Shown here: piece after piece, positions 36,801-49,628 of the stretch
How positions within the stretch are numbered: position 1 is the first letter of the stretch
Layout of the letters: every line of letters begins with the position of its first letter
NCBI GenBank assembly: GCA_000708835.1
Contig: DF237084.1
Location: 1 to 64,000 of the forward strand
Source: Klebsormidium nitens
Taxonomy: Eukaryota; Plantae; Klebsormidiophyceae
Reading direction: 5' to 3'
DNA: 64,000 nucleotides
The notes under the pieces: model-generated
The model's database searches: none
The model's input: only the letters and a program-made list of their open reading frames with translations
What the model was told of the DNA's origin: nothing
Position numbers and translations under genes: made by a program

Positions 36801-38031
36801 GAAAGAAGTGTCAAAGAAACTTTTCCGAGGGTCTCGGCCGGTCGGGGGGAGCCCAGTCACGTGGCTGCCGATGCCGATCGGGAAGTTGGACGAAACGCAT
36901 CGGGCGGTGCTGCGAAGAGCGGTGATCAAGCTCGCGGGCGGGGACGGCCAGGATGAGGGGCTTGGAGGACATGTGGCAGCCGGAGAGGGGGCGCAGGGCG
37001 GTGCTGACGTCAGCCCGTTGGGCAGGAAGGCGAAGAAGAAACGGAGGTTGGAGTTGAGGAACCTGGGAGAAAGCGGTGGTGTGAACGGGGACGCTCGTGG
37101 GTCAGGGGGGCAGACTGGCGTCAACGAATCGTTACTGCCCACGTGGCAGTCGCAGATTGGAATGGAAGGGCCTACGGCAAGTAGGGGCGGGATGGGGGGC
37201 AGCGGTTTCGGTGTGAAGGGGCACGGACAACCAGCGGGGCGGCTGAATGAGTTAGTGGAGAGACACCATTGGATGAGCGGAGCCGGAAATGCGAGCATCG
37301 TGGATCAAAGTATGTTCACTGGGCGGTCTGCGGTTGAGGGCGGTGTGAATGGGGACGGCGTGACTGGCAGGACTGCGCAGTGGGGCGATGGACATGCGGG
37401 CGAAGCAGCGGGGGGGTTTGTCAACGGGGCCAGTCGCCATTGGGGCGGGACTGGTGTGAATGGGGCCATCGAGCATTATCAGGGTCGGACAAACGAGGGC
37501 GGTGTGAATGGGGGCGAAGTTGCCAACTGCCATAGAGAAATGGGGCACGACAGGCTGCCTTTGCAAGGCGGGAACGGGCACGTCCACAACTCGTGGGGGG
37601 GCTCGTTTGGGTGGCAGGGGACTGTGGGTTTCCCCCCCGGGTTTGGAGGTAGTCATGGCGAACCACACACTCAGTATGCGCATCCCCAGAGCTACTCTAG
37701 AAGCGGTCGACCGGAGAGCCCGTTTGTGTTTTCAGCAACCCGAACGAGCGATGCCGATGTGGCTACAGCGATAGGAGTCAACCAAGGAAGATCGATCGGC
37801 GGTTCGTCAGCTGCTTATGCACAAACGACGGGGTCTGATTTTGCAGCCCGTAACTATGCCAATGGGTTTGGTGGGCGAGGGGGGACTGTGGCAAGTGGGG
37901 CAAGTCCTCGGAGAGCGGGGCGTGAGCGGGGGAATAGCCGGGGGGGCTATGCGGGCCAGCTCCCGACGTTTCGAGGCCGGTCGGTTGTGAATGTTGGGCA
38001 GCATGTTGTGGGCGATGCGTTGCGATACTAA
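30835..38031 (+). CDS. TRF4/5 (PAPD5/TENT4)-like non-canonical poly(A) polymerase; join(30835..31127,31736..31921,32245..32382,32879..32977,33521..33646,33882..33948,34504..34622,35311..38031), with an apparent homopolymer frameshift near 30933-30942
   Basis: LHHEIVALVKRLELTPQEVQERQEAV; the pol-beta NTase motif FGSSATGLAHCGSDLDLVV; VPIVK...VDIAF (third Asp); LQEVYTGGIGSYCLLNMIVAHLQ (TRF4-type GG(L/I)GSY); DLGTLLLGFLRRY; LSVEDPQNP; DIGKASFRI (PAP-associated domain). Confidence 0.9.
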
Positions 38032-40352
38032 ACTGAATACCTGAGTGATGCTAGCGCAGATGGGCACGGACCTTTCACTGCCTAACCATTTTCAAAGAGT
38101 GACAAAGTCCATAATCCGCCGCATGCCTATCCAGTCGTCTTTGCTGGTGACGAATCTCGAGTCAATCCGAACTCCATGTCGGGACATCATGTGGCACTGC
38201 AGGAAAGGATTGTCATATATGAGTTGTGCCGCAAGTTGTCGATCTTCTGTCTGACAGGACCGGACTTCCACCTGTTGCATCTGCAGTGATTATAACTTTC
38301 AAGTTTGGCGTTCTTGGTCGTTGGCCTCGCAGGCTTTACTCAATGGTTATGCGTTCAACTTGTCGGACGTATGTGCTTTTATGTCTGGGCGGCAGCGGTT
38401 AAAAATCTTAGATCAGGCTAGTCCAAACTGCGTATAATTTCACACTTTTGGTGTGCATGCACTTATACTAGGCGTTCTGAGGAAATACTGCTCAGTGGTT
38501 GAAGCTAGGGTGCAATGCTTATGCATGCCTTAGAATATGGCCCCTTGACGTACTTAACTCATGGGCTACAGCCAGCTCTACTGATGCTCACACCCCTTGA
38601 TTTCTGGTGAGCTGGAGAGCGCTGTACTGTATAGTAGGTCCGGTCTGCTTGGGGGACGACTTGCCAGGCAACTCGGATTTGGGCTTCAGATTTTTTGCTA
38701 TACGTCCAGATTTCTTGACCCTTAGTCGGGCCCAGGGGGCATGCTCGGACGTAGGAGCCAAATTGCATCGATCAGAGATTCTGAGTGATCGATGGTGTGT
38801 GTTGACGAAGTCCCGCTATAGGCAACTCGCTTATAGCTGGTTGGCTTATAGCGGCCACCCCACTATAAGCGTCGACTCGATGTTGCACTTCGCCCCATCC
38901 AAAAGCTCGAGCTTTGCGCATGCACTCGAAGAAGTCGCTTTAGAGCAAAGTTTGCTGGCAACCGCCCTACAGAGGCAGGAGCAAAAGCTGCGGTCTTCAG
39001 TACGGAGAGGAAGGCCAGCGGCTGGCGTCAACTGCGCAGACGCAAGTGGTTGCGGGATCGTCCTCCATTGAAGGTTGCAGGAGTCACAGTTGGCTGGATC
39101 ACAGCGGTGCATGGCGATGGAGACAATGAGGAACTGCTGCAATTGTTGTGCTGCAACGAGGGAGCCGACTTCAGAGGTTAGTCAGCTCCTTGGTCTTTCC
39201 GCTGTGTCTCTGAAGGTGATGGATCTTGGAGGTCGCGAAAGCTCCTGATTGAGAGGATTGGAAAGCTGGTCTTCAATAGCAACTCTAGGAACATGGTGAT
39301 CTGGTCGAGGTCTTCAAGATGGTGGTTTCTCAAGGTTGTTGAAAGCTGTTGGGGTGACGTCACCTGACGTGAAGGTGGCGGTATCAACATTCCAGATCAG
39401 TGCTAGGTTCAGAAACTTTCATCATTTTTGAGCGTCTCCTTGAGATGGTGGCTTTTCTGAAACTTTTTGGCTGGTTAATTCTGCTTTGATTGCTGGAGCA
39501 ATCCAAGGTGCGATGGTTGTCTAATTAAGATCTTCCAGACCAGGCCAAAAGCTCTTCAAGAGCAGGTCTGATTGCTGCTAGCTAATCAAGTCACCATAAA
39601 GTCTTCTCGATTGCATGGGTTTTCTGTTTCCAAAGGCTGTTGTTTAGAAAGAAGTCTTCTGTTTGATCTGATTGCGTCGTTCCCATGACTTATTCTGATG
39701 AAGGAGCGACCATTCTGGGCCTCATTTTGCGAGTCAAGTCCTCCCGATTCATTTTTGGCGTTCGCATGCTAGGCTTGGTCTCACATTTGTGAGCTACGTG
39801 GATGTCCGCAGAGTTGCAGACACCAGAGCACATCTGCTTGATTCGTTTTAGATTCGAAAGAGGTGTCTCCTGCATGCTGGACCCAAAATTCAAAAGGTCC
39901 TGCAGATCCGGTAATGTCGGATTTGCGCAAAGGCTAACATTGGTTATGAGTGCTTTCTTCTTCGGACCGAAAGCAGGAGTCCGGCCGTTGCTTCATGAAC
40001 CTCATGTCGACTACTAGATCCAAGGACTTGATAGCAGGTTGACCTTCAGGTTAGGGCATGCACGAAGATGGAGGAGGATGCAGAAGAAGCCTGCAAAACT
40101 AGAATTCTTCTTTTTTCTCGATTCAGGCTGCCCTGTATACCATCCAACCTTGCAGCGTCCTTTCGACCTTCCTTGTGGGCTCTCCGAAATCGAGCCTCAG
40201 TTTTATCCGTTCCCTCCGTTCCGTTCCGTTCCGTTGAGGTCTGTTTCTGAAAAGGATTTTCCAGACCTCTGTTCCGTGAGTACATCTCCTCGAACGCTTC
40301 CCTTCCGATCCCCTCACCCAACCTGTCAAACCCTACGCCACCAATCTTGCAG

Positions 40353-43300
40353 AACCGCCCCAGCGACACAGAGAGAGTTGATCAGATGAACGTGAGAGAG
40401 CTCAAGGCGTTTCTTCTGCATCACGGAGTGTGCCACCAGAACTGCCTCGAGAAGGCTGACCTCCAGGAAAAAGCCCGCACCCTAGTCACCGACCTGGCAG
40501 CACAGGCGGGGCAGCGAGGCGCGTCAGCAAGCGCGAAAGCGGCCACAGAGAGCGTGCCACGTGGCAAGGACAATGCGCAGCCAGTCCATCTCTCAGAAGC
40601 GGACGCGGCTGCGTCGGCAGCGAATCTGTGCAGTGAGCAATCAGTACTCAGTATCATTCGAAGCGTTTTGGAGTAAAAATACGCAAATGAGATTCTGCGC
40701 AAGGTTCGGTATGGTGCTTTACAAGCTTTCAACCTGATCGGCCGGGCGCATACAAAGTTTGCTGATCTTTACAGTCACTGGTTTTTCCTATCATTCCATC
40801 AGGTTGTGACGTTTGCAGTCTTGATCTTGCCGTTTACCCTCTTTGCTCGAGCTTTCGATGATACATACGCTCAGAGAAGCTTCCCCTCAAGCTTCCAAAG
40901 CCGAAGCTAAGGCTGCTTCCTAAATCTCCACATCAGACTTCTTTTTAGATAACAAAACTTCACGGACCGTCTTCTGCGCAGGGTTGTACAATCTGTTCTA
41001 CCTGAGCTCTGAAGAGCTGCGCGAAAAGCTGAAGCTTTTGGACGTCGACACGACTGACTGCGTCACCCACCGGGACCTAGTCGACAGGCTGACGTCAGAA
41101 CTTCGAAAGCCAGGTAAGGGGCGTACCGCCCTCGGCCCGACTTGAAGGCAACAAACTTTTCAAGGCGCAGTACTCTCAAAGTGGACTGTGCATCGGAGCC
41201 CTCGCTAGTTTTGGGGGTCTCGACAGACCCGACAAACCTCGAGAAGACTTTGTTGCAACGCAGAAACACTTTCGAGAAGGGAGTGTTTCCAGAGCAAGAG
41301 CAGCAGTCTTTGAGATCCTAGCGAAGTTGACTCTGCTATATCTTCGGCCCCACGTAACATCTAGAGAACCTGTCTTTCAGAATGCGGCAGGACTTGAGAA
41401 TGATGCCCATTCCCTATCTCGTTACTTTTAAGGAAGGCGGCTGACCCTTTCGCTTCAGAAAGCCCCAGATTTTGTTAGAATGCTCAAACTTTAACATCCT
41501 GCAAATCAATCTTACGACATCTGAAAAGCCGCCCTTAGAGCATCTCCTCACCTCTCGTTTTTAGAATCTTCGAATTTGTACCTACTGGTCCACGAGAGCC
41601 AAGTCACGACTCCTCCTTTCTTCCCCTTTTTTCAAAGTTCTTGGCAGGGACACAGTTCAGATAGATTACGTCAGCAGCATCGTATGTCGGGCACTTTTAT
41701 ACTTGCAGATCCCACAGATCCCGTGCCCGCGCAGGGCCCCCGGTACGTACCGGACGAGGCCCGGTTCTCCGTTGCGGTCCACTTCTTGGAGCGCACAACG
41801 GACGAGCACGCGCGCGCGGTGGCGGACAAGGCGGTGGAACAGCTGCTGCAGCAGAAGACTCTTCCGCCGGAAGTCGTTAACGAGGGCGGAATCCGGTTGA
41901 TGGTCAAAGGAACCAGCAGCGCCGTGCGCCGGAGTGGGCTACTGATCCTGGAAGAGGTGAGCGGGAATGCTGTTTTGTAGGCGGGAGGTTGTACGACGAT
42001 GTGCGGGTGTTGAGACGATGGCAGGGTCTACAGATCGGTGTGCAGAGCTTAGATGAAGAAGAGCTTCAGGTTCCGTTCAGCGGGAATAGAAAGGGCAGAA
42101 TCAGGAACGTTTCTAGCATGTTTCTGAATACTGTTGATGGGCGCCAGTAGTTTTGAAAATAGTCGGACGTCAACCGCTGGTTCACAGGCTGATGAATAGA
42201 GCATAGCCTTTGGATGTTATCCTTTGGCGCTCATCGATTGCTACTAGATATTCCCTCCGAGTCAGAGACTTCTACAATCTTCGGCTGGTGTCCAATCAAC
42301 TGTCATACTTTGTAAGATACTCAAGAACTGGAATTCATGCACCAGGTTTCAGCCAAGCCCAGAGCGCGACTTTCTCTGCTCAAGTCGAGTATCCCGCAAA
42401 CACTTTTTGCCTTGAAAGGCCGCAAAAGTGTCGAAGACCATTCCATTTTCCGTACGGTTCTGCAGCCAGAAGCACACGTCGTCGAGTGCGAGAACACCCA
42501 CGGAGATGTGGCAAACACACCGGCAGATTTGACTGCAGCTAATCGCTCTTAGAGGGCCATTTCCAGAAATTTCCGCTCGTACTGCGCAGAACATAAGGAA
42601 CGGAACGCACCAGCTGCGGCGCAACCTCGCGGACGCGGGCGTCCTCAAAGCGATGGTCCGAATGCTGCACGAACAAGACCTCGCCACGCGCTTCGAAGTG
42701 CTGGATACGGTGGGCCTCTTCTCGCGGACTCCGAGCCTGGGGCCCAAGATCTGGTGAGAGGAGAAGCGAAATGGATTTTGATAGGAGAGTCAAATATTGC
42801 TGATTTTATGTTATTGAAGGAGCGTATTCGGTGATCGTTTGGAGCGACTCCCGCTCAGAGAAAAGAGCGACGATCTGGTGAGTGGAAAGAATGGAGCAAT
42901 CAGAGATTGAAAAAATCGAGTGGAGCTTTTGAGGTTGACACAAGCGCGCACTTTATGAACAACAAGCAAACATTGATTGAGACCTTTTACTCCGCTTTCC
43001 AGGGAGTATGGCGCCATGGCTTCTCTGCTCGAGGAGCTGCACCGCCCGGAGGTGCGCGCGCGTCTCGAGGCTGGGTCGCCAGAGGTTCTCGTCCCCCGCG
43101 GGCGCTGGGCTTGTGGGCAATCAATGGCGCTGCGCATTTTCGCCAATATGATGATGCCGAGCCGCGGCGAGCGGGAATTCCTGCCGGGGAAAGTGTCCTT
43201 CGCAACGGGGCAGGTGAGTGAACTTCGAAACATTGCAACTACCGGCTTCAGGAAATACCCTAATGGCGTCAGGGCTGATCGAGCTATTATCAAGTCTTCG

Positions 43301-46300
43301 CAAACACGCCTCTATGACGCTTCATCCTCGACAGCGCTGCGTGTCTCGTTTTCCGTTGGCCGTTTTTCCATTCGAGGTTTCTAAACTGACTCCCCGAAAA
43401 ATTTCCGGTTCCAAGCTCAAAGCACTACACTAAATGAATGGAATTTTCAGGCCTCGGGTGCTGTCATCCTGCAGCCAATGTGGGACGCCTTTACCCGCAA
43501 GGTCGGCCGGTGGGTGATCAGGAACAAGGTCCACGCGCGCGCGGGGGAGTTGCTGGCTTTGGCGCGCGCGATCACGTGGCGCAAGGGGGAAGAGGACGAC
43601 CCGACCGGTACCCACACGGTCGTCGTGCAGGCCGCCAGGCTGCTGACGCAGCTGACGTCATCGCAGCAGGACCCACAGGAGGTCAGTCGGGCGTTTGAAT
43701 TGTGGAAATCGTATTGAGTGATGTCTGTATTTAGCTCCGGGAATGTACCGTGCTCGCCCATTCAGAGCAAACCCCAAAAACTGAAGTCCTTGAACCCCAG
43801 TCTCCTCCCACCTGTTGTACCTGATGTAGCCGTCAAAGATTTGCGAGGCCCCGTCTTACGTAAAGCCTAAAACCCTTCTCGCAAGTGGTGTCCATCCCCG
43901 GGCTTCCTTCGACCCTGGCCCGTCTTTGATGGAGCAGTGGGAGACTTGTGAGGCTGGGTTCTCGCACGGAGTCCTTACAACCCAAAAAATCCATAATCGC
44001 CATTCTTAATATCAAGCCCCTGAAACACTTCTCGCAGGTCGTTGCTCTCCCCGGGCTTGCTTCGAGCCTGGTATACTTGGTGGAGCAGTGAAAGGCTCGC
44101 AAGGCCGGGTGTTGCGCCCCGGAAAGTCCCTCGTTCCGGCGCGCGAGGCCCGAACCACGCCCGGCGGAGCCCCTCAAATCCTCGAAACGTAGATCCAGAG
44201 ACGTAAATGTCAATTCCTAAATCCCTTCACGCAGGTGGTGGCCCTTCCCGGGCTTGCTTCGAGCCTGGTGTATCTGGTGGAGCAGTGGCAGCCCTGCGAG
44301 GCCGAAACAACCCTCAAATCCTGACTTCTTGAAACTTTTCAGATTTTCCAAGTCCTCAAAAATCCTTCTCGCAGGTAATTGCTCTCCCTAGGCTTGCTTC
44401 GAGTTTGGTGTACTTGGTGGAGCAGTGGGAGCGAGGCCGAGTGCACCAGCGCGGTCCTTCTGCTGACGAACCTGCACCGGGCGCTGGGGGGCACGCTCGC
44501 GCGGTTCTGCACCGAAGACGAGATTATGCGGATCTGCACCGCATTGAGAGGTCGGTTTTCGTTGGGCTGGGAAAGACTCATTGAAAGGTCTTATTAGCCG
44601 CAGTTGTTTGGGATTCGGGGCATAGGACTGTGCCAAGCGGTCCAAAATGTTGCGTGAGGAGCTCGGATCACTTCTCCCAATTCTGGGGGAGGTCTGTGCC
44701 TAATGTAATTTGTGACATCGGGCTCTGACCTGCTCAAGCGTGCATAAGCCAATTTGGACTCTCCCGATTCCGAAGAGAAATTATAATCTCAAACCCACCA
44801 AGTGCCGTTACAATCCCCCCATCCGACAAGGCAGGCCGATCCGAGAAATTCGAATATCTCCTGAGGGCCAAGCTTTCTTTGGATCTTGTGTAACGGTTGA
44901 AGAACGAAGGAAGAAGCGATCCCCTCGTGTCGATCTCGATTCTCGAAATTAGGTTGAAAACGCGTCTTTCAACGCGACGCATTATGGTGCGCATCAGCTG
45001 AAAACCTACTTGGCGTCCGGTATTGTCTTTATAGCACCGCCAAGTAGGAGGTACGGTTACTATTAAGCAAAATCCTTCTTTGCTATGTACCTTTTAAACC
45101 ACGTGGATATACTGGACCGTTCGATTGGCTCAAAGCTCAGAATCTGGAATGCTTTTCGCAGCTTCGGCCGATGCGAACCCTTACGGAACTCCCTGCAGCG
45201 TCCCGGCGGCTGCCGCCCCGGCCGACCAACACCCACCTCGCGCGCGAAACGCTCCTGAGCGTTCTGCAGCGCGACATGATGACGGGCGGCTCGTTCGCGG
45301 GGGCCTTGACGGAAGCCTGGTGCCACGGCTTGAAGTGCGCGCGCGAAACGCGCGCCGCGGAGAGCGTCGTGGAGCGTCTGCTGCGGCCGTGCGAGATTTC
45401 GGGGACGGCGGTCGCGACGGATGAACGGGTGAGGGGGTGCTGATATTGCGCGCGCGAAATGGGGCGCTGATCTCGCGCGCGCACACATTGTCCGTTGCTG
45501 GTCCGCGTGACAGCGGCCGTAAAGCTGCGTTGGCACAAGAGATGGGGTAGTTTTGCGCAAGTATACGTCAATGGTCAGGGTATGGTCAGGGAATGATCAG
45601 AAAAAAACAGTAAATGTGTGACATCTTGAGTGGGGGCCTCCTCTGAGCAGTCTCTGCACCGTAAGACTTTGATAGCCCAGGCTGCTTAATTGTGTTGGTG
45701 ACTATCAAGGCACTCAGGCTGCGCTTTTCCATCTAGCCAAGTTCGCGCTGACCAAGCGCAAGCTTCAGCAATCCCCTTGCTTCTTCTGTCTCTGCTCAGC
45801 TTCAGTCGATTTTAACGAACATTGCTTTGCAGCAGACGCTTATCGGGTTGCTTATTCCAATTGAGCTCTATCAATCGCTTGTAGGGTCACAACGCAGAAT
45901 AATCGTCACATGTTTCTGTCCCGTCGAGCTCAAACCGTGGCCACAAGCGAACAAGATAACCAAATCTCTCGACATGGCATCGATCACAATCTACCCATCG
46001 TCGCTCATCCAGCGAGCTACTCCCAAATCCTTTTCTAACGGCGGATTATCAGCACAGCTCCTTCTGCCCTACCCAGCTTTACGAGTACGCCTTCTGGCCC
46101 ACTTTGGCGCGCCACGCCGCGGCCGCCCCCGCCGACCGTCGCTCCCTCCTCATCACTTTCGCCGAGGCGTTCAACCTGCACCCAGAGCCTGGGGGGATCC
46201 CCCTGGAGCCCGGTGTGAAGAGGCTCTGGGGGATCCCTGAGCCGTACCGCGCGCGCGTGACTCTGCAGCTGTTGAGGAGCGGGATCGTACGGACGCTCGA

Positions 46301-48512
46301 GCGGGCGTGCCACGTGGACGAGACCGCGGCGCACGTGATGCGGTTCTACCGGTACATTGCAGAAGGCGTCGAGGCGAGTGCGCGACACCTGGACCCAACT
46401 CACACGACATGAGAGAAGCGCGCAGATTTATTCAGCTTCCGAAGCATCGCTTGATTAAATGCGAGGAAGGGCAAGAAAGGACTGAAAATAAGTCAAAAGA
46501 GTGTCGAGATGCACGAGCAGGACTGTCAAAGAGAATGACGCGCTCCTTAAAAGAAGGTTCGCTCTATGCGGAGCCGAAACTTATTGAGTCCCTGCGCTTT
46601 GCCACGTTTACATCTGTGCAAAAGGACGTTCGCAGCCTTTGAGATTGATGATCAAGTAAAGGTCCAGAGGCAGGCTTAGCATAGTCCATCGAGCTCTCTT
46701 TCTGCTTTTCTCCAATCGATCCCCCCTACTACGCTTTGGATTACTCGCTGATCGCTTCCTGGTGTCCTCTCAAGTCGTCACACGCTTCCATATCCATCTT
46801 TTCGATTCCAGGCTGGTTCTCCAGTCGCTGAAGCACTTCTGACGGACCCGGATCTGATGCCGTTCCTGCTGCGCTTCGCTCTGCTGGAGACCGGTTGCCC
46901 CCTCGGCGTCGCCCTGGCCAAGCTGGCAGTCAAGGCGCTGCTCAAACTGAGCCCCCGGGAACGTCCCCCGAATGCCCATTTTACGCTCGTCATCCGCCCG
47001 GAGGAGGACCCCAGCCGATCGGCTGACAGCATCAGGTTTGCTTCAGGAACTGACTTTATTATGCCTGGAGCATGCGTGTGAAGTCCTCTGTCTGCTTAGT
47101 CGAAGGGCCGGTGGTTGCGGTGCGAAGAAATGATGGTTCAATTCAGCGATTGGAGGTAATGCAAAAGTATCTGGCACCCCTGGGCCATGGTTGTGCATCC
47201 GGACTGTGAGCGAAATGGTTGGAGTCGAGATCTCCACTTGTATTTGATCTACGAACATGAGCGGGTTTGGCGGCACTTTCGAGATTGACAAGCCAGTTCT
47301 CTCAAAGACACTTTCCGACACAACAATTCAGTATCGCGACCGCATGCTGCGGTAGAAAGAGCTCCCTCAGCCGCCCTCCTTAAAATCCAGCCGTCAAATG
47401 ACGGCGTCAAATGACATCTTGTAAACTTTCCCTGCGCACTTATGATTCGCTTTGGTTTTGAACGCGTCGAAAAGGCTGCCGCAACCACTACAAGCCTCTT
47501 AATAGCGGCTGAAGAGAAGCCGTCAAGTTGACACGTGTCAGCAACTTATGCAGGAAGGGCAACACGACGGCATTGCTTTATCTGCGCACGCCACAATCGC
47601 GGGTGGTTACGACGCCCCAAGTCCGGCGCGGCAGCCAACCATCAGATGACACGTGTCGTTACCCCTGTACAGGTATGACTACAAGGACGGTTGCATCTAT
47701 GTCGGTCAAGCGCACATCACACAAGCGACCGCGGTTGGCCCCAACTTTCTCATCACCGGCCAGAAGCTGATCACCAAGTATAACCGACAACACACCGACC
47801 GGCCCTACGTCTCTGAGCGCCTGCGGGACTTCGACGAATTGGGGGGCAAAAAGCAGGGACCGCCGGCCCCCCCGAAGCGCGCGGGATGCGCGGTGTGCGC
47901 CGCCCCAGTGGCGAAGGCGAAGTGCTCCCGCTGCCGAAAGAGGGTCTACTGCGGAAGGTGAGTGGCTGGGAAAATTCAGACTGTGGATGCCAAAGCGGCG
48001 TTGTCAAATCCTTGAAGGCTATGAGCGACGATTCTGCAAAGTACTGTACGTAGCGGTGTCCAAGGTGCTTTTGAACGGCGATTTTTGGAAAATTCCATGT
48101 CAGTTTCGTGACCAGCTAGGATCTCGGCCAATGTCAGTGCCACATCTGACCTCGTTTGTTGATGGCGAACGGGCGTATGTAACGGGTATTGAAGGGCGAA
48201 CGTTCCTGAGAATGGAGATTTGGAGGGCGCCAGAGCGAGAGGGGAGACATCGCCGTTAGACGAGGCTGTTTAGTCTTTGGTCAGGTACCTTTCACCAGGC
48301 GGGCACGTCTGAGGTCGAGCTACATGTCCCTGAGGGGATGTCTGTAAAAGTTTAGCACTCGTTTGAAGGGCTTTTTAAAGCGGTCTACCCTCCGGTTTCG
48401 ACAATTGCATTCGTGTAGCATCTATAGCAGCCTGTTTTGGGTTTCTTGCAGAAACTGTCAGCAGACCGACTGGCCGAGCCACAAGCTGATTTGCCGAGCG
48501 GAGAGCAGTTGA
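40353..48512 (+). CDS. Protein with two SAP-like (ARMET_C-type) repeats, an ARM-like helical region and a C-terminal zf-MYND; exons 40353-40632, 40982-41113, 41709-41956, 42590-42753, 43003-43213, 43451-43681, ~44235/44375-44550, ~45162-45428, 46077-~46370, 46812-47036, 47673-47957, 48452-48512; 5' end upstream and unresolved
   Basis: MNVRELKAFLLHHGVCHQNCLEKADLQEKA and LSSEELREKLKLLDVDTTDCVTHRDLVDRL are SAP-like. LADAGVLKAMVRMLHEQDLATRFEVLDTVGLF is ARM-like. The MYND finger is split across the last intron: CAVCAAPVAKAKCSRCRKRVYCGR/NCQQTDWPSHKLIC. The splice path around 44235-45162 is not cleanly resolved. Confidence 0.8.
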
Positions 48513-49628
48513 CTCAATTCGAACGGCAAGTGACAAGACCTCAGTCTGTTCTGATAAGTCAGCCCAGTGTCAAACTGTCTCTTGCACGGCCCAATCGGCA
48601 GCCCGAGGCTACATCTGCGCGCGCGTGTGAATTGCTTCCGAGCTCAGCATGGGCAAGCTGCACAATTGTTGGATCCACTCGAGTACTCTTAATTGGATAT
48701 TGTCATCACAACACCGATCGTATTGCCAAATTAAGGCGTATGAAGATATAACGATTGCGCAGATAAGCAGTACTTGAGAGTCCACCATGATGTTATCCAT
48801 CGATGTACTCACATATGTATGCGCTCATTCTGCTTAGCTGAGCAGGCATTCGTGCGCGCTTGTCCGTCATTTCTAGTGCACCGGTTCAACTTGTTATGTA
48901 AGCGATACACCTAGCTAGCCTTGAGTCGGGGGCGATAATCGTTGAGCTATAGATGCAGCACAAAGATCGAGCACAAAGATCGAGCCTCTCTTATATGTAT
49001 ACTGAAAGACCTGCTTTAATCTTGTGAAGATGACGCTTGATATAACAGGAGAAGCTAAAACAGAGCTTATCTCACGCCTTGGAATAAAGCAGGGCATGCC
49101 ACCGTGCCAGGGAACGAGCCGCCGCACAACCCGACCGTCTTTTCAGATCAAACCAGCTGCTAGGATTCAACTTACGCTAGCGCACAGCGCGGCTGGCTTG
49201 AGAATGCGAGGGCAACGGTTATTTGTCTCGAGATTCTCGTGCCTACTAAATTTGCTGGTACCTTACTCGCGTGTCTCCTAGAAGAGACGATGAAACAAGA
49301 CTCTCGGTGAGAATTCGATCGCCATATGATGATCTGATCATTCTAGCTAGGTGTAGTCAGTGAGTGATTCATCCAGGCAATTTGTACATTGCTCTTGCTA
49401 AGCTCTGCGCACAACTGAGCACGTCCGTACACTTCTGGCCAACCATTCAGCCAACCGGAACCATCGTGACCTCGTGACCGCGGATAACTTTAGGTCAACG
49501 TCACTATGCGACAGGCTCGCAGACGAACATTGTTGACTCCATGCCCCGCCTGCTCAAGTCATGTTGCTGGGCAGATTTTCTGCACTATGCCTTCGTCGTA
49601 TCCAACTCTCGACAACACTCTTTGAGTC

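Noticed and set aside
38852-39370. Startless open frame (...KASGWRQLRRRKWLRDRPPLKVAGVTVGWITAVHG...) with a possible second exon
   Set aside because: No start codon or family match; it cannot be assigned to the MYND gene or to an independent gene.
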